A stretch of 64,000 bases of DNA from the human T2T-CHM13v2.0 reference genome, Homo sapiens. Location: assembly GCF_009914755.1 (NCBI RefSeq), contig NC_060927.1, one strand, 5' to 3'. Shown in pieces: positions 15,596 to 31,333 of the stretch (within the stretch, counting starts at the first letter, position 1; the number at the start of each line of letters is the position of its first letter). The position numbers were made by a program, and so were the translations under genes. Below the pieces are notes generated by a model. It had not been told where the DNA came from. It made no database searches and saw only the letters and a list, made by a program, of their open reading frames with translations.

Positions 15596-16121
15596 CTGGG
15601 GATGAAGACAGAAATAAAAGTGAGACAAAAAATATCAGTTGACAAAGAATTAGAGCAAATAAACAGCACAAAAGACAGAAATGAAACAAAAGAAACAAAT
15701 GACACTAGAGACATACAAAGAAAAGGATAACCTGGAAGCCAAGAAAATATCCTCTATAATGTATCCTAAAAATGGTAAGAGAACACATGAATAGAAACAG
15801 TTATAAGATTGAAGGGGTAAGTTTCTAAATCACTTGAGCACTGTGAGACAAGAAACAAGAAATGACTATAAAAACAAAAGCTGATGGAATGATAACTTAC
15901 AGTTTATACACACTCCGTGAAACAAACACAGGCTTAGGATTTTACACTAATAAAACACTGATTTACCATTTTCACATTTATTTCAAAGCAGTGAATGGGA
16001 TTGACTACTCTTTTGTTCTTGAAAAAACATAATGACCCTGGACATTCTGGATTTCATTTAGTTTTCTTAAATAGAATTGAGCAATGAGATGTATTTAAGG
16101 TACCCTTCCCTATGTCCTTAC

Positions 16122-16274
16122 CTGTAGCCAGCTCTGGATGACTCTCTTAAGCAGTATTTGGGAATAAAATTGATCAGCCTGGGCCATCTTTCTAGCCAGA
16201 CTTTCCTGACTACGCTGGAACCACGTCAGCATGTATTTCCTCTGCAGGAACAAAGAGTAATGTTCTTCTGCCAC
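16122..16274 (-). CDS. CCDC191: CCDC191 coding exon (VAEEHYSL...IQSWLQ)
   Basis: ttgtccag|GTG ... CAG|gtaagg; 153 nt, phase 0-0, open frame translated by hand. Confidence 0.92.
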
Positions 16275-17219
16275 CTGGACAATTTTTTAAATGAGAAATA
16301 TTATTCCTTAAATTTTAAATCATTTAAACAAACACATCACCTTTGGAAATGATGCTATAAAACACATTTAGGCAGTCGGTAGAGAATAATCTGAAGGTAC
16401 ATGCAGCCTGTGTCCTAAAAGCTTTGACTGTTGACCTATTCTATGGAGGTTATAGATTCACATCATGCATGGCCTTTCAATGCCAGCTCCCTGAAGACCA
16501 CAGTGATTTGCTGGTTATGGAAATGGAACAACCAACCTCTAAGCCATTACTTCACTTCCCCTGAGTTTTGGAGTGGGTAGCTGGCAACATTCTCAATTTG
16601 CTCTCCTGGAGCTTGGACAGCAACTCCACAACAAACCTCTCTTTCTCATGACTTAACCACTGTCTAATTGAGGAAATGCCAATACTTTCAATTAGTGTTG
16701 TGGAATGAGCTGTCACCAGCATTGAAATTTAGACATTATCAATAAACCACAAAACCATCTGATAGAAAATAACATGAATAATTTAATGTCTTTTCAACTG
16801 AGTATCATTCTATCAAAATAAACATACAAATCAGAATTTATAGATTTTTAAAAGTAACTGTTATATTCTTTTAAGAGGCAAGAGGGGAAAAGCCTTCTCT
16901 CTTAGTCCTCTCTAAACAGCGACACATTTTTCTAAGCCTTGTCTAGATATCTGGCACTGTGAATGTGATTGACTCAAGTGAGTCTCTTGGCAGTCATATT
17001 TATTGGCCAAAATGACCACCACGGAGGTCTCTGTGGCACCTGAGATTTCTGCCTGTCCTGGACTCATCTCAGCAGACTGAGAGCCAAAAGATGAGATAAC
17101 ATTTTATCTATTTTGAATTTTTAATCATTTAGTTGCATGCACTGGATAAATTTGTTAGGGAAATTTTAGAAATTTCTGCGGTGTCTGATTTCATATATCT
17201 CTCTGCAGTAGAGTGAATT

Positions 17220-17611
17220 ACTGTTCTGTTCTCTCTAATAGAATTATACACCCATACCCTTTGCAATGTGATTTCACAGTTCCTCCCTGTAGAGTGGATG
17301 GAGCTCTTTCTCTCCTCAATGACTTTGAGCTTGGCCCTTTGATTTGCTTTGGCCAATGGAATGTGGACATAATACAAGCAACGGGTTTACATAATTTGGT
17401 TTGGCCTTTTGTAGCTCTGACAGTTGCCAGGTGAAAAGCATGCCCTGAGTAGCTGCTGTAACCAGAATGAGAGGCTTGGGGAGAGACCTGAACTCAATCC
17501 ACAACTGGCCCACAGACATATGAGTGAGAAATAAATACTTGAGCTGTAAGCCACTGATATTTGGGGGTTGTCTGTTATGCAACTTTATCACAGGCAGAAA
17601 CCTGACTAATG
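17220..17611 (+). mobile_element. MLT1 (H/J-like) MaLR LTR
   Basis: tgctttggccaatggaatgtgg ... aagccactgatatttggggg ... ctgactaatgta. Confidence 0.75.
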
Positions 17612-17913
17612 TACCTTATGGTAATAACTTTTCCCTTACTCAAACTGAGAGAAGCTTCTATTCATCTTACCTTGGGGGGATCTCTAATAAAACATTTTCT
17701 CTCATTTTTTCCAACCTATTCAATTACAAAAGTCCTTCTCTACCTTAAAAGACCAAATCAAAAATTGTATCCAAAACAAATACACACATTCAATTAATTT
17801 ATCTTTCTGGCTTTAAATCACCAAACCCTACCCTCCCCCAAGCTTAACTGGGCATCCATCCTATTTGGAAAAGTCCATTTTCTAATCTGGGGGATAACAG
17901 TGGGACAGTGTAC

Positions 17914-18057
17914 CTGGATGTTTTGTTTGCTTTGCATTCTCAATCTCTTCCAAGGCTCTAGACCTTTTTTCCTTAGCAAGACCCTTTCATAATGTTCTTT
18001 GGCTATTGCTTCCAGCTGCTGGTTCCTCTTAATTCTCTTCTGCTTCTCAAGTTCTTT
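17914..18057 (-). CDS. CCDC191: CCDC191 coding exon (KELEKQKR...KQNIQ)
   Basis: cttttccag|AAA ... CAG|gtacac; 144 nt, phase 0-0; lies within ORF 17818..18078. Confidence 0.93.
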
Positions 18058-19949
18058 CTGGAAAAGATTAAAAAGCAAAATGCTATGATCAAAAAACGAA
18101 TGAGTTTCATTTCAATGAAAAGCTAATGAATTTAATTTGAACATGTAACCATTGAATGGTGTGTTAATCATGATAACAGAGCTCTGGATAATAGGGCTTT
18201 TTCTTTAAAAAAAAGGAAATAATTCTGCTAAGAGGGTCAGGAGAAGCTGGTCATGAGTCTACAAGAATCAGGGCTATGCATATTCGTGGATTTATTCAGT
18301 ATTGTTCACAGAAATAATTTCTCTCTCACCAAGTAACTAAAAGGTAAAACATCTAGTTAGGAGAGCAATCAGGATTTTCCCCCTCATTATATGAAAAACC
18401 CAGCCATACAGCCACTTCATTTAAACTATGGGATAGAGATTTAATGATACTCCATTAAAAGTCTGGAAGAATATTCTTACTAGTATTTTTCTTTTTAAGT
18501 GAAGAACAATAAGTCCAGAGGCAAGTTAAAGATAGTTGATCATCATTAAGCTACCTTCCCTCTTCTAAGAAGGAAAAAGATGAACTATTCCTGGTAATAC
18601 ACTGAGAAAAGACACTCCATGACCCTCAAAGAACTGCACCCCTCAGGGGTGTGACCAAGAAAGATGACAAAAACTTAATGATCGACCCTATAGATATCAT
18701 TATTTCCTTTTTTCTCTTTTAATAAAAATAGCTTATTGTAAAGGTGAGAGAAAAAGAAATCTACCCAGAAAGGGGGAGTGGGAGCAAGTGACACCTGCAG
18801 TGAAAGACACAAGAGCAACAAAGACTGAAGACTGCTTTCATAGTCGTCATCTTTGCAGCATAAATACAAAAACATTTAATTTAAGCTGATTTCCTTTACT
18901 TCATACGATTTCACATTAGGAAAAGGGCAGTGGTGAACTGGCTGATCCTGGCAAGCTACTTAATGTGCCTGAGCCTTCTGTGAGAGAAACATTACAGAGA
19001 GAGCAATGGAACATTTCTAATATGGAAGGAAGAATTGCTCTAATTTTCCAATACAAACTGCCTATTTCTGTGAAAGCTCTGAAAAATGAAATGTCCATAT
19101 TCTCTTAGCCATTAAACCAAAACAAGCTTTATACTCTTTATTTCAGGCACTTGAGATACTTGTTGAATGAAATGGCCAGAGAGAAAATTTACAACAATTT
19201 TCTCATGCATAGTAAGAGGAAGCTGAGGGTTAAGTGGGGAGGAAAACAGAAACTGACCCTTCCACATCCACTGAAATGTCAGTGTAGCATTAAGGCAGCA
19301 GCTGCATCTTGCAGAGAGACATCTAATGCAGATAATAACCTTTGGAGAAGCCCTCAGGCTCAGACAAAAGAACTTGTTCCCATGCAGAGATAAGTTATGG
19401 TGTAACTATCCTCCTAGAATAATTACTGGCTGGTGTTAATCAGCTCCAAAAGGAAAATTATTTTCAGCTGAATTGTGGGGAAAACCAGACTTTTTCAAAG
19501 TCTACACTTCCATGGAAAAATATAAAGAAAAACATGAGTTCTGCTTGAGTCAAAATGTTGTATTCTTACATAGCAATTTAATTCAAATATGTATCTCCTC
19601 CCTCTATTAAGGGTTCCTCGATAGAACTGGTTGTATTTCATTAATATTACCACATTTTCAATTTCCTGGTTTATAAAATGTCTTTAATAGCACCTGCATC
19701 CATGATTTACTGTGAGGATTACATGATATGATGCTGTTTTGAGATGGCACTTATAGTGGGGATCTATGTAGCTAGGGGTTTCATAGAACACAGATCACTG
19801 AGGCTAAAAAGGGATATAAAATCTGGGCTTCTTTCTGAAATAAATGTGTAGCTTTGTCAGCTAGTATGCTTTAGGAGAAAAGCCAGAAATTACAGCTATG
19901 TTAAAAAAAAAAGTACAGGGCAATTGACACTGCCCCAAAACTCTTGGCC

Positions 19950-21010
19950 TTCTGTCCCTTGTACGCTACTCTCCCTTTGTGCTCTAGAATATATTCCTGC
20001 TTACCCACTCCTGTGATTTATACTCTGCTCTTCTGCATCACGAATTTCTCCCTCACTACTGGATTATTCCTATCAGTATGCAAATATGTGCCAGTATCTC
20101 CCCTCTTCAAAACAAAAAAACAAAAAAAAAAAAACCAAAAATAAAAAATAACTAACAAAAAACAACTAGAGACCATGAGTATAGATGCGGATCTCTTTCT
20201 CATGAGCTCCACATCTATCTCTGATCTCAGGAGATCCGCATCTGTACTCATGGTCTCTAGTTCCTCACCTATTCTCTCCTCAGCCCACTGGAATGAGGCT
20301 CCTTTCCTAGAACACCACTGAAAGCCCTGTTGCCTAGGTCATGAATGCTTGCTGGGCTTCCAAATCAAAGAATCACTTATCTGTGCTACTTTTAATTGAA
20401 CTCGGTAGCATTCAGCCAAATTCACCACTCCCACCACTCCCCTAACAGAAATACTTTTTTCTCTTGGTGTTTTGATTCTAAACTCTCCTGTTCTCTTTCT
20501 ACCTCACTAGCTCCTTATCCTCTAAATAGCTATTTATAGTCCTTAGGACTTGATCTTGGACTCTCATTTCTACTCTATCCAGACAATCTCCCAAGCTGAT
20601 TACAGCTACTTCCAGACCATTATAAACATTGACTTGTTTTTCACTTGCGTACACAGTCTTGTGGTCCAGGCTTATATACCCAAGCACATATCTGACATGT
20701 TCATTTGGATGTCCAATAGGTATCTCACATTTAACATGCCCCCGCCAACTAGACACTGTGGAGGCCGCCTCAGCATCCAGGAGCTCAAATATCACCTCCT
20801 CAGAGAGGTATTTCCCATACTGCTTCCACCAACTATACCACTCTCTCCCTACTTCTTTAGTCATTACTTTGATTATTGGCCTGTTTTCCCCAACTAGCAT
20901 AGAAGCTTTCAGACGGCAGGGCTGTTATCTGTCTTCTTCATTGCTACATTCTAACATCTACGTAAGTAAATGCTTTACAGATATTTGTTCAGTGTGCAAA
21001 TATGCTTGAT
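19950..21010 (+). mobile_element. L2 LINE fragment
   Basis: Pyrimidine-rich L2 motifs (ttggatgtccaataggtatctcacatttaacatg; aaatatcacctcctcagagagg). Confidence 0.75.
20164..20262. repeat. Inverted repeat with 32-bp arms (1 mismatch) and a 35-bp spacer
   Basis: 20164-20195 aactagagaccatgagtatagatgcggatctc is the reverse complement of 20231-20262 except at one base. Confidence 0.95.
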
Positions 21011-21249
21011 AAGCAATTATGGAAAAACTTTAAATCTTGCCTTGTCTTCTCTGATAAAATTATTTTTTCAACCGCAAACTTCAACTGTCCATCAATCAGA
21101 AGTATATATAGCCATAAAAGTTATTGCCTGTTAAGTATAAGCATTTAATAAACATACAGGGGGGTGTTAAGAAGAGGTTAGATTATTATTTTCAGAAGGT
21201 CACTTTGTGAGACCTCTGAGTGGCCACCTTACTGTGGCACCCAACATGC

Positions 21250-22130
21250 TTTTCTGGCAGGGTCATGGGGACACTAAGCTGTAGCCATGTCTTGCCTCTG
21301 TACCACCTCTTGCTGAATATAGAGGACAGGTCTGTCATGAGGGCTTATCCCTGAAGAATTCTTCCAGTTCCTTTATCTAAAATGGTGTCACAGCACCCTA
21401 TACACACATAACTGGGCTTATCTCATAATATCTCTCCAAAGAAATATATATGATTGCCCCAGAGACTTTCTTTATCATATCAACAGTAGGGTTTTTTTTT
21501 ATCTATGTCATTAGAAAACATGGTACCTCTGTTGGACAATTTGCTGGTACACTCAATGAGCAAAAATACCCGCCCAAATAGAAGAGGTTAAGCAGAGTTC
21601 AACCAAACACATCTAGGATACAAATGATTCAGAGAAGTCTCAGAAGGCACTTGTTCAGAAGTGCCACTATCTTTTTGATATCCAGAGGAATAACACTACT
21701 ATGGCCTTGGAGGTTGCTTACTGGGAAAAGTTATATAAAGCATATAAGGAAGTAAAGAATTGCTTGGCAGAACTTGATGGGTAAAAAGGAATAAGACCTA
21801 TGAAAATCTGAGTGGAGAAGCACACTGTGTAGAGCATCTTTGTCCAGAAGGAAAAGAAGACAATTGCCATGTGCATTTTATATCTAAAGTTGTCCTCAAA
21901 GAAGACTCAAGTATAGCCAGCCTATAAATGCACCTATCTCAATTTAGATAGCTCCAGTTGACTAATGAAATGGAAACTAGTCTATGTGACAAAATCTTCT
22001 TATCTATTGCTATGAACTGCAGCTTCTAAAAGGAAAATGTTTGGGCTTGATATAGTGAGAGAAATAAAATGATCTCTTGGTCAGTAATGTATTTTTCACC
22101 ATTCTTGTTCTGCATAAGTTTTCTTCCAAC
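21250..22130 (+). pseudogene. Processed pseudogene of ATP5PB (ATP5F1, mitochondrial ATP synthase subunit b)
   Basis: Hand translation gives SVPPLAEY, IPEEFFQFLY, LSKEIY, ALVQKCHYLFDIQRNNTTMALEV, YKEVKN, TIAMCI..LKL, matching the recalled subunit b sequence (ALVQKRHYLFDVQRNNIAMALEV). Intronless, with frameshifts and stops; 3'UTR-like aaatggaaactagtctat follows. Confidence 0.9.
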
Positions 22131-23866
22131 AAGGAAAAAGCTGGTCATGCAACAAATTAATGACTTTTTGTGAACTGATCAGAGATCTGAAGCTACCCCC
22201 AAATTTGGAGAGACAGGCATCTTCAGGGAGGCACAGGACCTAAGCATTTGTTTACCGGAGGCAGAAGCCACTGGATACCATATGAGTAAGACAATTAAAC
22301 TAGAAATTTTGGTGAACTGATGGAGGCAGACAGTGAGTGGGCCAGCATGAGAAGGTTGAAGCTCCTGGGGATCACAGTCATGGGGGTGCTTCTCATCCCT
22401 TTGAAGGCTTTTCTTATAAGAACGCTACCAGGCTCTCACAGAGAAGATCATGGAGAATCCACAGAAAGTTTGCACCATGGTTCTGGCTGGGGAGAGGCAC
22501 AGCAGCAACTGCAAAATCTTCCCAGAGCATTCTTCCTTAGGAAACAAAAGGTTTATCTGTCCTAGCAACCAACCCAGTACACTGGCAGATTAGCACTGCA
22601 TCTGAGGGAAGGGGATTCAGGGGATTCTGCCCAGACAAGTCCTCCCTATCTCACTTAGGGGTTGGGGAAGCCTTATTCTCCAGAGGGAAGGTCTTTAAGG
22701 TCACAGACTGAGACAGTGGTGGATACCCACTGCGGATAAAGGGAAAAAGGGGGCAGAAAAAAGCTCTACCACTGGAGTGGGAACAGAAATTATCTGAGTG
22801 CTTAAAGCTGTGCATTCCAAACACTGAGACTTAATCAGAACAGAGAATGCTCCCCATCGTCCACACCCAATCACCACACTTATATAAGCTTCCAATAATA
22901 ATAGTGGATTACAGCTGAGAAAGCTGTAAACAACAGATTCTCTCTGGGGAGCAGCACAAAAGGAAGACCCAAAACCAAAAGAGGAAGCAAAAACAAAGTC
23001 ACTAGAAGACATTAAAGTCTCTGATGTCTACAGCATACAGCAACAAACCTCAACAATGGTGACCACGGCAACAACAAGCTTCAAACATAGCCCAATTCCC
23101 GGCTAAATTAGTACAAATCTCCACACTCTAGGCCAACGTGTTGCAGTTTCTATTGCCCTGAACAACAGGTCTGGCCTTCAACAAAAAAATACAAGGCATA
23201 CCCAAAGACAAGAAATAAATACACCCTGAAAAGATGAGCCAATCATCAGAACAAGGCTCAGATATGACAGAGATGTTGGAACTATCAGAGAGGGAATTTT
23301 AAATAACTTCCAAAAATAATGTTAAATGTTCTAATGGAAAAGGTAGACATCATTCCAGATCAGATAGGTAATTTTAGCAGAGACATGGAAACTATAAAAA
23401 AAGATTCAAAATAAAAATGCTAGAAATAAAAAAACACATGGTAATAGAGATAAAGAGGCACTTCAACTAGCTTACTGCTAGAAGATACAGCCAAGGAAAG
23501 AACCAGCTAACCTGACAATAGGGCAATGGAAATTACACAAACTGAAAGGCAAAAAGAGTGAAAAACAAAATAGTGCATCTGAGAGCTGTGGGATAATATG
23601 AAACAATGTAACAATGGCATAACAAATCCCATAAGGAAAAGAAAAAGAATGGGGTAAGTGAAATAATTTGAAGAAATAACGGGCAAACATATTCCAAAAT
23701 CAGTAACAAAACACAAAATCATATATCCAAGAAGCTTAAGACCACCAAAGCCAAGACCAAACCAACCAACCAACCATACCTAGATATATCATATTCGAAC
23801 TGCTAAAAATCAAAGACAAAGAAAAAGTCTTGAAGGTAGCTAAAGGGAAAGACCCACATTACCTAC

Positions 23867-24297
23867 TGTCATGAACTGAATGCTTGTGTCCCCCTAAAGT
23901 TACTGTGTTGAAGCCCTAACCCCTAGTGTGGCTGTATTTGAACATAGGGCCACTAAGGAAGTAATGAAGGTTAAATGGGGTCCTAGGGTGCAGCCCTAAT
24001 TGGACAGAATTAATGTCCTTATAAGAAGCGATACCGTGGTGTGCTTGCTTGCTCTCTCTCGCATGCGCTCTCTCCCTCTCCCCTCTGTCTCCAAACAGAA
24101 GCACCAAGGAAAGACTGTATGAGGACACAGTGAGAAGAAGCTGTCTGCAAGCCAAGAAGACCCCTTTCCAAAAGCCAACCATGCAGGCACCCTGATCTTG
24201 GACTTTGCAGCCTCTAAAACTGTGAGAAAACAAATTTCAGTTATTTATCCACCTAGTCTGTGACATTTTGTTATGGCAGCCTGAACAGAATAAGACA
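23867..24297 (+). mobile_element. MLT1A MaLR solo LTR
   Basis: TG...CA ends (tgtcatgaactgaatg ... gaataagaca); 5-bp TSD cctac/cccac. Confidence 0.88.
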
Positions 24298-24831
24298 CCC
24301 ACAAAGAAAGAAAGGTAAGAATTACAGTAGATGTCTTGTGAGAAACCAGGCAAGCAAGAAAACAATAGAGTAACATCATTAAGGTGTTGAAAGAAAAAAA
24401 AAAAAACACCTGTCAACCCACAATTCTATATCCGGCAAAAAACATACTTTAAAAGTGAAGGAAAAATAAAGACTCTCAGACAAATAAAAACTGAAGGAAT
24501 TCACTGCCAGCAGATCTACCCTATAAGAAATGGTAAAGAAAGTTCTTCAGGCATAAAGAATATAATATAGGTTAAGAACTTAGCTCTACACAAAGAAATG
24601 AAGAGCATCAGAAACAGAAGAAATAAAGTTAAATATAATCATCTTATTTTTAATTCCACTGAGAAAACTAATTGTTCAAACAATAAGTTTAACAAGATAT
24701 TGGCTATTTATAGTATACATAAAAATATGACATGACAACAATACCAAAAGGAATGGGAGGAAGGAACTGGGAAATACTGATAGAAGGTTCTTTCACTACA
24801 TGTAAAGTGTTATTTGAAGGTGGAAAGAGAT

Positions 24832-24960
24832 CATTATTATTATTTGAGATAGGGTCTTGCTATGTTACCCACGCTTGTCTCAAACTACTGGACTCAGGCA
24901 GTCCTCCTGCCTCAGCCTCCAAAGTAGCTGAGATTACAGGTACATGCTACGACACTCAGG
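24832..24960 (-). mobile_element. Alu monomer (FLAM-like)
   Basis: Single reverse monomer. Confidence 0.7.
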
Positions 24961-25024
24961 TAGAAGGAGATTATTTTAAAAATGTAAACACTAGGGTAAC
25001 CACTAAAAATATTTTTTAAAAGAG

Positions 25025-25382
<358 letters not shown>

Positions 25383-25476
25383 TTAAAACCAGATAAGGTA
25401 GGGAAAAAAGAAAAACAAAGAATAAGTACAACAAATAGAAAATAGCTAACAAGATGATAGATTTTAATCCAGTTGT

Positions 25477-25911
<435 letters not shown>

Positions 25912-26048
25912 AGATTTTAATCCAGTTTTATCAATAATCACTTTAAAGTTAATGGGCTAAACATAATAGTTAAAAGAATGAGATTATCAAATTAGATGCT
26001 AAATCAAGACATAGCTATATGATGTCTATAAGACATTCAATTTTATAA

Positions 26049-26358
<310 letters not shown>

Positions 26359-26956
26359 ATGTAAGTCTTTTTAAACATACATGCACCTAAGAACAAACCT
26401 TCAAAGTACATGAGGCAAAACCAGATAGATATGAAAGGAGAAATAAGTCTCAAGTTTAGTTAGAAACTTCAATAGTCCTCTCTCAATAACTGATAGAAGC
26501 AGGCACAAAATCAGTAAGAATACAGATATAGATACCGTAAGACACAGTAAAACATACTCAAACAATGTGACTTGGCATTTCTAGAGCAGACCAATGGCAG
26601 CTGAGTACTATAGTACTATACATATTCTTCTCAAGTGCACATGGAACATTCACTGAGATAGACAATATTCTGGGTCATAAAGCAAAACTTTACAATTTCA
26701 TGCAATGTACATTCTTGGAACATAAGGAACTTAAACTAGAAATTAAAACTAGAAATTAAACTAGTAAAAAGTTATCTGAAAGTCCTCAAATATTTAAAAA
26801 TTAAAGAATAAACTTCTTAATAACCCATGGGACAATGAGGACATCTCAAGGGAAATTAAAAATATTTTGAACTAAGTAAAGATAAAAATATCAAAATATG
26901 ATATACAAGTAAAAGAGTACTTAGAGGGAAATTTACAGCAGTAAATTCACACACTA

Positions 26957-27270
<314 letters not shown>

Positions 27271-27736
27271 AAAGATCTGAAATCAATAACTGAAGTTTAT
27301 ATCTTAGGAAACTAGAGGAAGAGAGCAAACTCTTAAGGAAGGAGGAGGACAGAAATAAAAATTAAAGCAGAAATCAATGAAATTGAAAAGAGGAAAACAA
27401 CAAAGAAAACCAGTGAAACCAAAAGTTAGTTTTTGAAAAGAAATAAAATTGATAAAACTGATATCCAGGTAAACCAGAAGAGAAGATATATATTGCCAAT
27501 ATCAAAATTTAAAGAGAAGACATCAATACTGATCTCATAGACATTAAAAAGGTCATAAGAGAATACTATGACCTCTGTTCCAAGAGACTTGAAAACTTAG
27601 ATTAAATGCTCAAATTTCCTGAAATATACAAACTACCAAGTTTTACTCAAGAAGAAAAAAAGAACTGAATAGCTCAATATCTATTAAAGAAATAGAATAT
27701 GTTATTTTAAATCACTTTAAAAAAGAAAACTCCAGG

Positions 27737-27896
27737 TGAGGGATAAAAGACTACAAATTAGGTTCAGTATATATTGCTCAGGTGATGGGTGCACCTAAAC
27801 CTCACAAATCCCCACCAAAGAATTTACTCATGTAACCAAATACCACCTGTTCCCCCAAAACCTACAGAAATAAAAAATTTAATATAAAATAATAAA
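27737..27896 (+). mobile_element. Very short L1PB-type 3' end insertion
   Basis: gggataaaagactaca...aaccaaataccacctgttcccc; 16-bp TSD aaaagaaaactccagg. Confidence 0.85.
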
Positions 27897-28079
27897 AAAA
27901 GAAAACTCCAGGCCCAGTGGTTTCACCAGTGAATTCTACCAAACATTTTAGAGAGAAATAACACCAACTTTACATACTCTCTTTCAAAAAATAAAAAAGG
28001 GTATACTTCCCCCATTTTATGAGGCTAACCATTATCCTAATACCACAACAAGACAAACATAATATAAAAAAAAGGAAAT

Positions 28080-28545
<466 letters not shown>

Positions 28546-29274
28546 TTAACAAAATACCAACACATGAAATCTAACAATATATAAAAATAACACACCATGA
28601 CCAAGTGGAGTTCATCTCAGGAAGGCAAGGATAATTTTACATTGGAAAATCAATCAATGTAGTTTACCGTATTAGTAGAGGAATTAAGAAAACTACATGA
28701 TCATATCAAAGATGCAGAAAAAGCTTTCAGTGAAATTTGTAATAAACACTCTCAGCAATCTAGGAATAAATGAAAATTCCCTTCATCTAATAAAAGACAT
28801 TCATGAAAACCCACAGCAAACATCATACTTAATGGTGAGATACTGAATGCTTTCCCTCTAGATCTGAAACAAGGCAAGGATGTCTTCTCTCATCATGCCT
28901 ATTCCATCTCATACTGGAAGTCCTAACTAATGTGATAAGGCAAGATAAATAAGTAAAAGGCATGCAGATTGGAAAGGAAGAAATAATATTGCATTTATTA
29001 GCAGACAACCTGTTTACCTAGACTATTCCAAATAATTTACAAAAGTACTTCTGGAACCAAAAAGTGAGTTTAGCAAGATTGCAGGATACAACACCAACAT
29101 ACTAAAATGAATTATGTTCCCATATTAGCAATGAATAAATGGAATATGAAAGTTTAAAAAAAACATTTATAATAGTGCCCCAAAAATGCAGTAGTTAGGT
29201 ACAAATCTAACAAAATGTGAGATGTGAGGAAAGCTATAAAAACAATGATGAAAGAAATCAAAGATATAAATAGA

Positions 29275-30390
29275 GAAAAGACATTAGCAAGATGGTGGAA
29301 TAGCAGCTTTCTACCATCATATCCCCGCAGAAGCACTGATTTTGACAAGTACCCATGGATGAGAGTACTTTGTGGAAGTCCAGAAGTCCAGCAGTGAAGT
29401 TCCAGCACATCACTGGACACACTGAAGAAGGTAAGAATAGTTTCACTTTATCTAGGTCACCCCTCCCCCAAGGCAGCATAGTTCAATGCCAAGAGAGACC
29501 CCCACAGCCTGTGATTCCTCCCACGGAGGAAAGTGAGAGGAGAGTGAGTAAGCATTCAGCTCCCTCAGCTGTGTAGGCTGCTGCCCAAGAGGCCCACTTC
29601 TTTCTTACCTTACCCAGATTACTGAGGTAATCAGCACAGCTGAGTGGTTCGAGGAGGCTGGGAACAGGGAAGAAAGGCCACAGACCCTACTAACCAATAA
29701 ACAACCAAATGAACAAAGGCCACAGACCCTATAACCAATAAACAAATAAGGAGATTGAATGAGTAATTTAAAAATCTAACAAAGAAAAACCCAGGACTTC
29801 ATTGGTGAATTGTATCAAACATTTAAACGGGGACTGTTGTGGGATGGGGGGAGGGGGAAGGGATAGCATTAGTAGATATACCTAATGCTAAATGACGAGT
29901 TAATGGGTGCAGCATACCAACATGGCACATGTATACATATGTAACAAACCTGCACGTTGTGCACACGTACCCTAAAACTTAAAGTATAATAAAAAAAAAG
30001 AATTAATGCCAATTCTTTTCAAACTCTTCCAACAAAACTGAAGAGAAAGGAACACTTCCACACTCATTTTATGAGGCCAGCATTCCCCTGATACTACAGG
30101 CAGACAAGGATACTACAAAAAAAATTATAGGCCAACATACCTGATGAACATAAATGCAAAAATCCTGAACAAAATAGTAGCAAACTAAATTCAAGAGCAC
30201 ATTCAAAGGATAATACACTATGATCAAGTGGGAGTTATCCCTGGGATGCAAGGATGGTTCAATATGCACAGATCAATAAATGTGATACACCATATTAACA
30301 GAATGAAGGATAAAAGTAATATGATCATCTCAACAGATGCAGAAAAGCATGTGACAAAACTCAACACCCTTGCATGATAAAAAAAAATTT
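29275..30390 (+). mobile_element. Second nested L1 (5'UTR fused to mid-ORF2), with an L1PA 3' tip at about 29828-30000
   Basis: gcaagatggtggaatag 5'UTR start; ORF2 sequence that repeats a region already seen at 27900-28750; young L1PA 3' end inside. Confidence 0.65.
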
Positions 30391-30860
30391 CAGTAGGCTG
30401 GGTCACCCCTGTGACCCAGGTGTGGTGGCTCACGCCTGTAATCCAGCATTTTGAGAGGCTGAGGCAGGAGGATCACTTGAGCCCAGGAGTTTGAGACCAC
30501 CCTGGGTAACATAGTGACACCCAGACTCTATGATTCATATGGAAAGTCAAATGAACTAGAATAGCCAAAACATTCTGAAGAAGAAAAATAGAGTAGCAGA
30601 ATTCACAATGCCTATAAAGCTACAGTAATCAAAGACAGTATTACTTGCAAAGGAATAGACATAAAGTAACAACAGAAAAGAACAGAGAGCCCAGAAATAG
30701 ATCCACACAATATGGTCAACTGATTTTTGGCAAATATATAAAAATAATTTAATGGAGAAAAGATAGTCTTCTAAACAAATGATACTGGAACAACTGAACG
30801 TCCATATAAAAAATAAATTACAGCATACCTCACAACTTACATTAAAATTAACTCCAAATG

Positions 30861-31333
<473 letters not shown>

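Noticed and set aside
18794-18851. Possible cryptic minus-strand exon (DDDYESSLQ...)
   Set aside because: Weak splice signals, and not needed to keep the reading frame between flanking exons.
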